Shown: positions 20,412-32,339, numbered from the whole stretch's first letter. The stretch is 63,533 bases of DNA, filler included, from Licmophora abbreviata (GCA_900291995.1; 8 parts of 8 records of this genome joined end to end with filler, not necessarily neighbours in it); one strand, 5' to 3'. A program made the numbers and translations. Notes: generated by a model from the letters alone, not told the origin.

Positions 20412-23246
20412 TCACGAGCTCAGAGTACTTTTGGTCATGCCAATCGAAGTCATGGCAATAGATGCATTCGGAGTGCTACCCAAAGTACATTGGGTTATAG
20501 GGCTCACAGATCTCACGTCGTGGGCACCCTGCTGGATGTCGAGAGGGCCACCATTTTCAGTTAGAATTGGCCCAGTCGGTTCTGTGCTGACCTGAAGCGG
20601 TATCTGAAAGCGCCTCTGAATCGGAGGCTCCTCCACTGAACTTTCAGATGACGACGAAGACTCGTCGGAAGAAGAATTGTTTTCCGTCTTGTTGTGCGGA
20701 TCACGTATGGGCGACTGCTGTGCTTTCAGTGTATTTCTCGTCGATATTCGGGTAAATGACAACTCAGGAGCAGGCGACTTTGGGTACGCCTTTTTCTTGC
20801 GTGGAGATAGCGGCTCTCCATTTATTCTACCAGTGCTCGCGGGATGGTCCATCGGAGAGCGGCGTTTCTCTGCTGTTCGGTTTTGTTGCTCGGCGAACGC
20901 GCTCGATCGTTGGGGATGGGGGTGCGGCGTAGCCCTCGAAACCTTTCGCAGTCTAGTGGACGTATTCATTTCTACCTCTCGATCCCGATGCTCCAATGGC
21001 AAAAAGGGTGACGGCGCGACTGGGTGTTCACGATATGGCCTTGATTGCGATTGCGACTTCGTATTCACTGGCTGACCATACGGACTTCGAGAAGGAATCC
21101 GACTTCGAGATCGGGGGTGGTGCTCGCCGTCAGGGGATCTCTGGCTGGGGGTTCGTGTTCTTCTAGCTCGGTGAACATCACCACTCGGCGAAGATCGGCA
21201 TCCTTGCACTTCAACTAGTGTCCCGCGGCTTCTCCTCCCATCATGCCTGGACGAGTGTATGATAGGTGAGTCTTTGCCTTCAGAATTACAGCTCTGCGAG
21301 TTGCTCAGGAATCTCGGGTCCAAGAATCCACGACTATCCATCACCGGCTCTGGTCTGTACACATGTGGCCTTATTGGAAAGCCCATTGATGGCTCATTCC
21401 ATGTGCTACTGCCCTGTACAGGTGCTTCTGTCGCTTCAGTGTCTTGTCCGACATTGAGACCGCCCCTCTCTCGGTAGTCATTTGGTCCCCGGGTTAACTC
21501 TCTGTCCACACGAGTACGTTCTATCTCAGCGTATACATTATTCAAGTCGGCACGAGCTCGCTCGTTCGCTGTTGAGTTTGTCTGCACCATGTTTCCATGG
21601 GGTGCTATGCCTGCGTGCTCTTCGTAGGGTTCAGTATGGACAAGAGACGCCTCATTCCGACTTTGGGCTTTGAAGTAGATTTCGGCGGCATAGTCTCCTC
21701 GCTCACCATCGTCAGAGGTGTCTTCGACCTTTTGTTCCATGAATTCTCTTGCCTTTGATAACTTTCGACGATACCATACGGCCACAAAAACCCCAGCCAG
21801 AACAAGTAACACAACTACGACAACTGCAGCGATCACACCCCCATTCCCGCCGCCTGATGATGATTCGTACGTATTGCCTCCCAAGATTGAGGACGATACT
21901 CCTGTAATTTGAGCAAACAACAAGCCTCGTGGGTCACCTCCGAAAGCCTGTCCGATGCTCACTAGATCTTCGAGATACTCGCTGTTGCGCGAACGAATCG
22001 CTCTTTCAGCTGCCTTCCCAAGCTCAACACCCAGCGATTGACGATAACTCCCCGAAATCACAGCTGTGGTATCAAGAAATGAGATGGAATCAGACAGATA
22101 CGTATCTTGATCTATCACATCAACGCTCAATATGTTTGACCCAGTATCGAGTGAGGCGTAATCAGCAAGAAATGTCCTCGTCACGTCTTCGAAGCGCCGC
22201 CTCTGCAGTGAGTCCATTTCCTGACCATATGGAGCTCCCTCAAGACTGATAACCACAGTGGAATCGGTTCCGACGTTGCCACCATAGATAACCTGGAGTG
22301 ATCCTTCATTCAGCCTTCGGACGACTTGGCTCGCCCGAACAAGAAACTCGTATTCGACATCGCCGGAACGCAAGTCATCCATGTGACGAAAGATTAGAGT
22401 TGTCCTGATAGGAGTGCATCTCCGATCGCCTATCGATTCACATCCAGAAAATTGGTTGATTTGGACGTCATTCGCCAGCTCTGAGGAAATGGACTGGCGA
22501 CTGAGCATAAAGTCGCTTACAAAACCGGTAAGAGTTGAATCGCTTTGAAACATTGTGGACATGCTTGCTTCTACCCCGGCGTTTAGCAGCGACGTCACTC
22601 TGGATGACGATACTTCGATCTTATGCTCAACGAGAAATACGTAAGCGACAGCTGTGTCCACAAGTAACCCATTGCAGTCCACCTTCCGAGAGTAGTGTAC
22701 GCGTCCCGTGAAAAGGCGAGGTTCAAATAGGAAGGAGCTGAAAGGAAAATCTAGCACGCCGGCTCCGACGTTGATCGAAATGTACGAATCTGTTGCGTAT
22801 TCCATCCCTGTAGCAACTTCAGAGTTCGCGTACCTCAAATCTGTGGTTGAGAGGGTAACGTAGAATGCTCGGAGCTCGTCTACCTGCATCTCGACAGGTG
22901 AGAAGTCCCGCCGAGGGACGACAGTTCCAGAATTGCTTCTGGGGATGACCTTCGCCTCTGCAACCTTTTCCCATGCTGTCGGCTTATCTTCGAAACCTCG
23001 ATAATCACCGATCTTTGTGTACACGAATACTTCAACTTCCGCATCAGCGATACGGAATGCGTGGAACTCGACAGTCAGAATTGTGATCGGCTCGGTTTTG
23101 GATTCAACCGTGAACATTACACCATACGCCTGAGTCGACGACAGCCACGTCGTCTCGATCGTCGAAGGCAAGGAACACTGGTCTCCACTTTGTAATGTGC
23201 GGTTCGAAGATAGCATTATGGGTTCCCGTTGCCACTTCGTTGCCAT
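20412..23246 (-). CDS. Cluster paralogue B: single-pass membrane protein (1 beta-domain, 2 SEA-like modules, TM, disordered tail)
   Basis: Long ORF with 'RTLQ', then 'YGVMFTV..VYTKIGDY.GFE..P.AW..FYVTLSTTDLRY..PRLFTGRVHY', and TM 'VIAAVVVVVLLVLAGVFVAVWY-RRK'. The start codon is uncertain. Confidence 0.82.
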   Translation of the reverse strand: MATKWQREPIMLSSNRTLQSGDQCSLPSTIETTWLSSTQAYGVMFTVESKTEPITILTVEFHAFRIADAEVEVFVYTKIGDYRGFEDKPTAWEKVAEAKVIPRSNSGTVVPRRDFSPVEMQVDELRAFYVTLSTTDLRYANSEVATGMEYATDSYISINVGAGVLDFPFSSFLFEPRLFTGRVHYSRKVDCNGLLVDTAVAYVFLVEHKIEVSSSRVTSLLNAGVEASMSTMFQSDSTLTGFVSDFMLSRQSISSELANDVQINQFSGCESIGDRRCTPIRTTLIFRHMDDLRSGDVEYEFLVRASQVVRRLNEGSLQVIYGGNVGTDSTVVISLEGAPYGQEMDSLQRRRFEDVTRTFLADYASLDTGSNILSVDVIDQDTYLSDSISFLDTTAVISGSYRQSLGVELGKAAERAIRSRNSEYLEDLVSIGQAFGGDPRGLLFAQITGVSSSILGGNTYESSSGGGNGGVIAAVVVVVLLVLAGVFVAVWYRRKLSKAREFMEQKVEDTSDDGERGDYAAEIYFKAQSRNEASLVHTEPYEEHAGIAPHGNMVQTNSTANERARADLNNVYAEIERTRVDRELTRGPNDYRERGGLNVGQDTEATEAPVQGSSTWNEPSMGFPIRPHVYRPEPVMDSRGFLDPRFLSNSQSCNSEGKDSPIIHSSRHDGRRSRGTLVEVQGCRSSPSGDVHRARRTRTPSQRSPDGEHHPRSRSRIPSRSPYGQPVNTKSQSQSRPYREHPVAPSPFLPLEHRDREVEMNTSTRLRKVSRATPHPHPQRSSAFAEQQNRTAEKRRSPMDHPASTGRINGEPLSPRKKKAYPKSPAPELSFTRISTRNTLKAQQSPIRDPHNKTENNSSSDESSSSSESSVEEPPIQRRFQIPLQVSTEPTGPILTENGGPLDIQQGAHDVRSVSPITQCTLGSTPNASIAMTSIGMTKSTLSS

Positions 23247-23307
23247 TTTGGTACTTTTAGAAGCAAGTTGAAAGTGGCAGCGCCTATGATACCAGGTAAC
23301 GTTGTAC

Positions 23308-23331
23308 TGTGTGTGTGTGTGTGTGTGTGTG
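23308..23331 (+). repeat. (TG)12 microsatellite
   Basis: Visible dinucleotide run just upstream of paralogue B. Confidence 0.95.
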
Positions 23332-23617
23332 ACTAGAATAACAATGTCTTTTGATCGCACCCAATGAACAATCTCGTGTACCTGGGTACCGTGCTGGTAT
23401 AGTATGATACCGCGGTACGAAATATACAAAACTACCTGGGTGGGTCATAATGTGCGATGATAATTTTCTTTTGGTTATGAGATCGCTCTGACGAGGCACC
23501 AATATCCTGGTCTACTAAACCAATACAGGGTACTAGAGTATATATATCGTACTTCTCACTGGCAAACGTTCCCTGCTCTAAGCGACATTACACTCGTTAC
23601 GAATAAGCTGACAACAG

Positions 23618-26600
23618 TTACTCGTATATAACAGCTGGGGAACCATAGGATCGCGTCAGCGACCTAGTGGACGACCCTATCCGCACGAATGCGCTGTTCG
23701 TCGAGAACGCAGACGGGGACGGTGTTTGCGCAGGGTTGTGAATTGGAGAACCGTTGGCTAGGGGTGTTCCACGGCTGGAAGCAGATAAGGGGGCGAATGC
23801 GCTGCTCGGGGTGAATCCTACGGGAGACGGTCGTTCTGGGCCGGCTTCGTGACCAATAATCGGGATCATGTTGGAGGACAACGATGCTCCAGCCGAGGCC
23901 TCAAATCTCTTTGGCGAAACATTTCGCGATACGCCATGAGGGTTAAGAGGAGGCATACCTGGAGATGAGCGGGTCACGTTTGGTGAAATTCGATGGACAT
24001 GAGGGCACGCCACCTGTGGGCTTAAAGCAGAGGAATGCACCACGTGGGAGTCGGGTTGCAGAGAATCGTCCAGCGCGAGTACGAGCTGTCCCTCTGAGGA
24101 AGGCTCTGTCGCGCGTTCAAGGTCTTGACGCCCTTTCAACTTAAATTCATCGACGAACGAGCATTCTTCTTCCCCATCTCTGTTAGGGGGGGCCTCCTCT
24201 GGGAAGTCAACGAGCGGCTGCTCTTCACCATCATTCTCTCTTTTTAGAAGGCTCTCTTCATTTGATCCGACACTGCGCGGGGCTCCCCCATCGCTAGCTT
24301 GGAATAGAGGATCATTTGACCTGCACTCAGTATCCTCGTCATGGTACTCGTCTTCAAAAGAATCAATTTCCATGACCGAAAGCTGTGTACCACTCTTCAG
24401 ATCTCGTTGGTTAGCCAGGTTCGTATGACGCGGCGTTTCATTCGTTGAGAGGCTTCTCTGGGAGCCGTCATCGACTAAAGAACGATGTGAAATGCGAGTC
24501 GAACCCATCTGGTAGGAGCCCATGACGCCTTGTCGAACCTCTGAGTCGTCGGTATGCTCTTGACACTTGGCGTCCAAACAATCGACCTCCCTCGGTCTCT
24601 CCGTCGATTGTTGCCGCCCACTCATCGTATGTTGAGCTCTAGTGAGGTTCGTGCGACGCGGCGTCGCATTCGTAGAGAGACTCATCTGGGAGACATCATC
24701 GACCAACTCAGAACTGTAGGAAGTACGCGTTGACCCTTGCTGGTACACACCAAGGTTGCGATTACTCTGGTTGTTTGAAAACTCTGACTTGTCATCATGC
24801 TCAAGATACTGATCGCACACCTTGGAGCGGTCGCCTTCGTTCAGACGAAACAACCCATCCTCTACACAGTCTGGCTCCAGATCATGTACGTATGACACTT
24901 CTGCATCTATAATTTCTTCATCTTCCTCGAAAAGTTGGCGCCTGCTCTTTCTGCCGAACAGGGCCCGTGGACCCGACCGAATGCCATCGAACTTCCCTCG
25001 AAGATCGACAATCGCCCCGACACTGCCAAGTCGAGCGAGACGTCTTCGCCGACGGATAAGATAAAGTCCAACAATGGAGAGGCAAACCACAGCAAACAAA
25101 ACTGCAACAATTGGTCCAAACAGCGATTTATCCACTGAGCTGTCAGAGTCTGAGATTTGAGACAGCGGTGCGCTCTCCGGCTCCGCTCCAACTTCCTCTA
25201 CCTGATCAAATACAGTGTCCGAGCCCAGACCCTCCGGCCGCGTTCGACCGCCATTTCGCAGAGTCTCCATGTACTCTGCCCCGCTGTTTGAGTCTATGGC
25301 ATCTTCGACTATTTTCTCAAAGTCGAGGAAAGGCGGGGGTCTGAATTCCCCGGTGACAGATACGCTGATATCGATTTCAGAGGATGCACTTGGACCCCGT
25401 TGAAGCCTTCTTTCTCTAGACGCAACAAAGAGCTCTTGCCCTTTCAACTCAACGCCAAGGACCCCAACTCCCATACTAGAGAGCTGGTCTTTCAAGTACG
25501 CTTGCGTTACGTCCTGAAAGTATTCAACTTCATCGTCGGAGAGCTCTCTTTCAAAGCTTCCTTTGAAGGTGACTCGCATATCGCCGTCGGTTGCGATGTC
25601 ACCAGCGTAGCGAGCTCGGAGTTCCGACAGATTCAGATTCTGAGTAATAGTTTGACTGTACTGAAGCATGGTATATATGACCGCACCAGCCGACAAAGAG
25701 TCGGCATGAGAGAAAATTACAGTGGTGTCTACCGATGTGCAGATCCGATCCACACTTGTCGGGTTACATATTTCTGTACAGTATACAAACAATGACGCGG
25801 TTGAGTTATGCAGCTTTCCGACAGCCTATTTTTGAAACAGGTGAGTTTACGTCGTACCTTCTGCTCCTGGAATTATGACGACTTTGCTCGTTGCTGTCTC
25901 TTCTTTCAGTTCATGATCTAGTGCATACCCCTGAGGCACAGGTTCGACGCCCAAGAGTTCAACGGTCGTCTCTCGTACATTCCGACTAACGGCTTCAAGT
26001 AGCGAACTCTCTGTTAGACTAGTCAAGTGTTCGATATGGAAAGTGTAGGTCACGTCGGTGGCAAGAGTAGGCTCGCACGTATGTGCGAAATGCACGGCCC
26101 CGTTGAACATGCGTGGCTCGTAGATCGAAGAGCCGAATATTGGGTCGGCCAGTCCAGCTCCCGCGTTGATTGACAAGAGCTGCCCAGAGGTGTAAGTATC
26201 TCCGGCCAGCACGTCGGTTCGCGAATATCGCAAGTCTGGGGTGCTTAATGTCACATAGAATGCCATTCTCTCTTGCGGGCGCAAGTGAACCGTATCGAAG
26301 GATTCGTCTGGTATTACTGTGCCCTGCCCAGCACCGGCACCCATGACCTGTGTTTGTGCGATTTTCCTCCACGCCAACGGACTGTCCTCAAAGCCGCTGT
26401 AATTTCCACTTTTCGTGAAAACAATGACTTCCACAAGTGAAGATAGGTCTACATGGAATTCGAGTGTAGTGATACTCACGGGCTCGCTGTGGGAATGAAC
26501 CGTGAAGAAGCTACCGTAAGCACCTGTTCCTGCACCCCATGTTGTCACCATTCGGGAAAAGGCCTCACAATCACCGAACTCATGTGCCGAGATTGTTGGC

Positions 26601-27883
26601 TGAAGCGTTGGGGGCGACGTGGTGGGCGAAAAGCTCGGTGCCGTCGAAGGCTCCGCCGTCGGACAACGACGATCCGCAGTGTAATGCAAGGTACCACTCC
26701 ATGCCCTTGGCCCAAAATAAGAATCGCTGAGCGGAAAGGTTCCAATACCAACGCCCACCTGAACCTCCATGTCCTGGTTCGCACGGTACACGTCACCTTG
26801 GCGGATGTTCGGGAAATGTTCCGAAATATTCTGATATCGTATATCAGGTGTCGTCAAGGTAAGGTAGAACCCCTGCATTTCGTCCCCCGAGATTTCCACC
26901 GCGGGAAAGTCTCGTACAGGCGTTCCCACCCCCCACCCTAAGCCATTTGTCGTCCCTCGTTTCAGGAAGACCCATTTACTAACGTTTCCGAGCCCGCCTA
27001 CGTAGCTGCCTTGTCGAGTATACAACTCGTAAGTGACTGGTGCGAGGATATCCGTGTAAAAGTCAATCCCGGTAACCGTGATAGATTCGTTGTACGTCTG
27101 AACATCGAACATATTACCATAGCTGCCCATATTGTCAGTAAAATTTGTCGTGAGGGCAGCATCGCATGTTTCTCGTCTGGCGACGGCATCATTCGCCGTG
27201 AAACCGGTAACTTCGTATGCGACGGCGCCATTGAACACCCGCGGCTGAATCAGATTACCAGCGAAGTGTCCAGATATCCCAGTCCCCTCGAGAATCGCTA
27301 TATGGTCATTTGATGCATACGGTGCGCCAATCTGGATGCCATTGGAGTACCGAATGTTTGGAGTAGGTAGAACGACGTAGAAAGCGTGCGTCCCCCCTCC
27401 TGATATTTCAGGCACCTCCAGAAAAGCAGTTGATGGTACATGAGTCCGAAGGCTAAATCCAAGACAATCCAAGGTAGTATTGACGAGCAAAGTCCAGCTT
27501 TCGGGTCTCATTTCGTAGCCCAGATGGGATCCTGGTCTTCCGTAGATTAGAACGTCGCAAGCTGGGTCAACAAGATTGACATGAAGATCCAAAGATACTA
27601 TTCGGATTGTGTGATTCCCTGGCGACGACCGAACATCAAACATAGCTCCTGAATTTCCATTATCCCCACTGAATGTCGTCTCCAGGTTGAAGGTACTCTG
27701 CATCCTTCGTGGTCGGCGCCGACTCCTGTCCCCCAAGCGCGCCTGGATGTGACTGTGACGCGTTGAATTTCCCTGGATAGTCATACCTTCAACCACCCAT
27801 TCATTGCCATCAGCCGACAGAGATTCTCTAAACAGACCACGCGAAGTCTCAAAAAGGCGGCGCGGAGCGGTGCTTGCAACCAT
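23618..27883 (-). CDS. Cluster paralogue C: 3 beta-domains, PT linker, 2 SEA-like modules, TM, long tail; intron 25774-25857
   Basis: ORFs 25847-27883 and 23618-25792 join in frame across an 84-nt GTACGA...ACAG intron (GAE-E-ICNP). TM 'IVAVLFAVVCLSIVGLYLI-RRRRR'. Confidence 0.85.
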
Positions 27884-28293
27884 GGTCGGCCGTACCGGTA
27901 AGCTCGATCGTAGTTTGGGGAAAACTTGTTGTTGCTAGAGTATTGAATTTTGCCCCGGCGACGTCGACTAACTCTCACGATGACCCCTTTTCATCAGTTA
28001 CGACCTTCCAATAAATGTGGCCAAGACGGCAATTAAGGGAAAGTCATTTCAGTCCCAATGTCATTTCGTAGAGAATGCCAGTCAGACAAAGAACTGTGCA
28101 ACATTCAACTGTGAACATGCGGATATCCAGGGCTAACTACCGGTACCAGGTACGGTTAGGTCTGCCATTTCATAATAAGCTATACGATACAATTAGAAAT
28201 ATTGATGAACGCCTAGTATGTACCTGTGTGGTGGTTCGTACCTGCTGTAATAGTAGAGAAAGCTAATTGCATCGTGCGATTATCGATTATCGA

Positions 28294-30928
28294 TCATCGA
28301 TCATCGTATTCATATTCATTGAACAATTCCTCATCCTCGCACTCGTCGTTGAACTCTCCCTCTTGATCTTCCGTCCGTCGTTCTTGCTTGTGCGTGTATG
28401 TGTAGGCGTAGGGATCTTGGTACGTAGTAGGCTGCTCTGTGTCCCACTTGTTCATAGCGTCATCCTCGGGATTGGACGGCTGGGCAGGCTCCACATATGC
28501 GGAAGGGGCATACGCATCGAACAGCGTGTCCAACGCCCTGTTCCGGATGCCAAGTCGTTGCCGAAATGCTGCCATTCCTGACTGTATTCGCCCAGTCGGG
28601 ATCCATGACCTATGCGATCCTAACATTTCCTTGGGCATTGCCTTGCTTCGATTGTAGTCAGAACTCTTGTTTCGTCGTCGTCGCCGCCGCCAGAAGTAGC
28701 ACCCTAGCGCAACCGTAAGCAGCGGCAGCAGTGTACACAAGACGGGCACAGCTGCCGATTTGCTCCCGCCCGACACTGGGGCAGCAGTTGGCACTGACGT
28801 AATGGGAGACGAAGCGGGGTCGGACGTGATGCTCTCCACCCCTTCGAAATATGGGTTACTTCGTTGGACTCTACCTTGGAATCCGCCAGGATCGGCATCA
28901 ATTGCGTCATCGACGACACCCTCGACGTCTATCTCGGGAGGAGGCCTGTACTCACCAGTCACGGATGCGGTCACTTCTACGGACGACGAGCTGCTGCTTC
29001 GCTGAAGCCAACGTGAAAGCTTCCATCCAGACAGCTCACGGCGCTCGGACTCTTTCGTGAACAACTGCTCGGTCACCCTGACCCCGAGAATGTATAGCCC
29101 AGAATCCGGGGAGGTGTCGTTCAGAAACGATAGTGCTGCCCCCTCAAATGCCGTTTGCTGCTCAAATCCCATTTCCCCAGGGATTTCTCCAGCAAGAGTT
29201 ATCCTGACTCTTCCGAGTTGAGCTCTATCACCGACGTATGTGACTTGAAGCGTGCCTAGATTCAAGCTGGATACCACTGTCTCTCGGACTGGGTTGAGAA
29301 GATCGAACTTGAGATCCCCCGATGTCAGCGAGTCGCGGTGCTCGAACACTACAGTGGAATCCAGCAACACACAAGAGTATGCCGCGATGGTTGACGTGCA
29401 TCCACCTGGTGAATATAGCGTACGACGACTGCGGTCAGGGACACAAGAGAGAGCTGAAAAGCACTTCAAAAAGACCACACTTACCTTCGGCCACTGTCGT
29501 TTCCGACTTGAGAAACCCCAGAAGGTGTTCATTTTTGTAGTCAGACAAAGGAGGCTCGCTCTGAGAAGTTGTCGCCAAAGTGTCGGATACCATATCGTTG
29601 ACGAGACTCGTAGCTGTTGATTGGTCTGTACTCATAGGATGTTCGACCTCAAAGGAATATGTCACGGACGTTGTGTTGAGACATTCAGAATCGCGAATGA
29701 AATGAAGGCGACCATTGAAGACTCTCGGATGATACAAGAATTCTTCAGTCGCGAAAGGGAAGTTAGCGAGACCAGTGCCGGCTCCAACCGTGAGGTGCTG
29801 ATTTGATGCAATCGGGCTGCCAACTGGCGTCTCGGTTCTAGTATAACGGATATCGGCTGTCGTGAGTGTCACATAAAATGATCGAGTCTCATTCGGATAC
29901 ATGTGCACGGCTTGGAAGACGCTTCTTGGAATGATACTGCCCTGACCAAAACCAGCCCCTGCTGCTGATCCCTCCGCAATTAATTTCCACGCCGACGGCT
30001 CGTTTTCGTAACCCACATAGTCGCCCGGTTTCGTGTACACCATGGCCGTCAAAGTGCCATTGGCAAAATCTGTATGGAACTCCATCGTCGTGATGGTTAA
30101 GGGCTCATCACTCTCTGTTGAAACCGTAAACATGTTCCCATAAGCACCTGTCCCCCCTTCGAACGTCGTTGGAAGAGTGTCATTTCTGGCGCAACCTTCA
30201 AATAGTGGAGCATCTCTCGTTGGCCCGTGTGTCGGGCCGCTCGTCGGGCCATTGGACGGGGCTGCTGAAGGAATCATCGACGGCGCAAGTGATGGACATT
30301 CCCCTTCAGGTACATAGTGAAGGGTTCCACTCCATACACGTGGAGCGAAAAAAGACAAGGAGAGCGGGTAGGTACCCACACTGGTGCCCATATTGATTTG
30401 CAGGTCGCCGTTTTGCACGTAAAGATTGCCCTCGAGCGGCGGGTCGGCGAAGTCGTCCATAACGTTTCGATATCGGAGATCCGGCGTCGTCAGTGTTACG
30501 TAGAAAGCGGCAGTCTGATTGGGCGGTATTGCCAGTGTATCAAAACCGCGGATCTTGGTCGGGGTTCCCGCTCCGGCTGCAAGGATTGTTCCGTTTGACA
30601 GTGGCGTCCATGCCTCAATCGTGTCCTTTCCGCTGTCCTCCTCATAGCTATTCGACTTGGTGTAGATTTCGTATGTGACGTTTGTTGTAAGATCGGAATA
30701 GATGTCGATGCCGTACACGTAAATATGTTTCTCGTATGTGACGACATCAAACATGTTACCGTAACTCCCTAAATTATCATCAAAGGTCGTTGTGACTTCC
30801 TCGAGACAGCCATGAACCCCTTCTGGCAGATTCAGGACATCGTCTCCACCGCTCGACTGAGACGCGTCGGGCTGAGTCGTACTCATTTCGAGAGGAAGAG
30901 AGGATGCGATAGAAGGAACGTAGTCCAC
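28294..30928 (-). CDS. Cluster paralogue D: 2 beta-domains, PT linker, 2 SEA-like modules, TM, short acidic Tyr-rich tail; intron 29406-29484
   Basis: ORFs 29435-30928 and 28294-29532 join across a 79-nt GTAAGT...CCAG intron (VAE-G-GC). TM 'AVPVLCTLLPLLTVALGCYFW-RRRRRR'. A possible true ATG at 30981 lies in another frame. Confidence 0.85.
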
Positions 30929-31278
30929 AGCAAGAGGAAATGATCAAGAAGCAAACGCCACGGTCCGAAACAGAGGGACATTGTGAAGATTGTGCAATCT
31001 TGTTTGTGTTGTGGTTTTTTTTGTTTTCTTTGGTGGCACTTTCGATTTGGAACTCAAAAGGCCCAACGCTTATGCTTTATGTTGAATGACACGATCAGAG
31101 ACATTTGAAACTTATGTATAGTCATTCTCCAGATGACTCTTGAACGAGGAAACCCGGCAGATCAGTGTGGGAATGACGACGACCATGACGAGTAGTGTCC
31201 GATAGATTAGGGTCGACGCAAGGCCGTCGTGTACTGTTTCGAGGACTTTCCTGCTTGTCTTGAAGCGCTAGATCGAAG

Positions 31279-31985
31279 ATGGGCTTGCTGACTATCCTGA
31301 AAAAGGTTCGTGGGAACGAGGCGACTATTTCCACAGCCCTTCGTCTACTTCGCTTCGAGTAGTATCCTGCAGCTACCTGCACACTCAACACTCACACCGG
31401 TTTGTTCGTTGTACTTTGTGAACTTGACTCCCTCCTCTCCCCAACCAGGTCAAGGCGGAGGAAAAGGAAGTCAGGCTCTTGATTCTGGGTCTCGACAATG
31501 CTGGCAAGACGACGATTCTGCGTAAGTTTAGCGGCCAGCCGATTGACAAGATCGAACCCACGCTCGGATTCAACATTTCCACTCTCGACCACCATGGCTA
31601 CTCGCTCAACTTGTGGGACGTGGGAGGGCAAAAGTCGATTCGCGCCTACTGGAGAAACTACTTTGAAAAGACGGATGGTCTCATTTGGGTCGTCGATAGT
31701 GCTGATCGACAGAGGCTGGACTTGTGTCGTATGGAACTCTTGGATCTCTTGAAACAGGAGAAATTGGCAGGGGCGTCACTCTTGATCTTTGCAAACAAGC
31801 AAGACATCGACGGGGCACTGTCATCGGAGGAAATCGCGTCCATGCTGGAATTGGATACGAACGCTCAATTTCGAAATCGACATTGGTCCATTCAGTCATG
31901 CAGTGCCGTCACTGGAGACGGCCTCGTCCAAGGCATGGACTGGATGGTCAACGATATTGCCAGCCGAATCTTCATCCTGAGTTGA
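31279..31985 (+). CDS. ARL2: ADP-ribosylation factor-like GTPase 2; intron 31306-31448
   Basis: Exon 1 is MGLLTILKK. Exon 2 has [21 protein letters not shown], '[23 protein letters not shown]', NKQD, CSA and C-terminal 'DIASRIF'. Confidence 0.95.
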
Positions 31986-32339
31986 GATGGGATAACGGGA
32001 AACTTCCAAAAGTCAATCTGACAACTACGGGCGCGTGATGGTGAAACGTGAAGAGCTTGTCGTCCGCAGTATCACGGCGATCAAGTCCTTGCACGAGGAC
32101 GACCCGTTTCATTGCCGCTGTGTCGACTGACACCGAGAAAACAAACTGTCTTCGTCTAATGCCTTGACCTTACATGCGGAATTGCCGCTGCCGACAACCA
32201 AAACAGAAGTGTATTTTGCCGCATAGTCTACTTACTTTAGGACTCTTGTGTATTGTTGTTATTGTTATTAGTACATGCTTGGCTCTTAGTTAGACATAGC
32301 CAATAGCAAGCTAGCTATTTGTAGCTTGCGCAACTCGAC

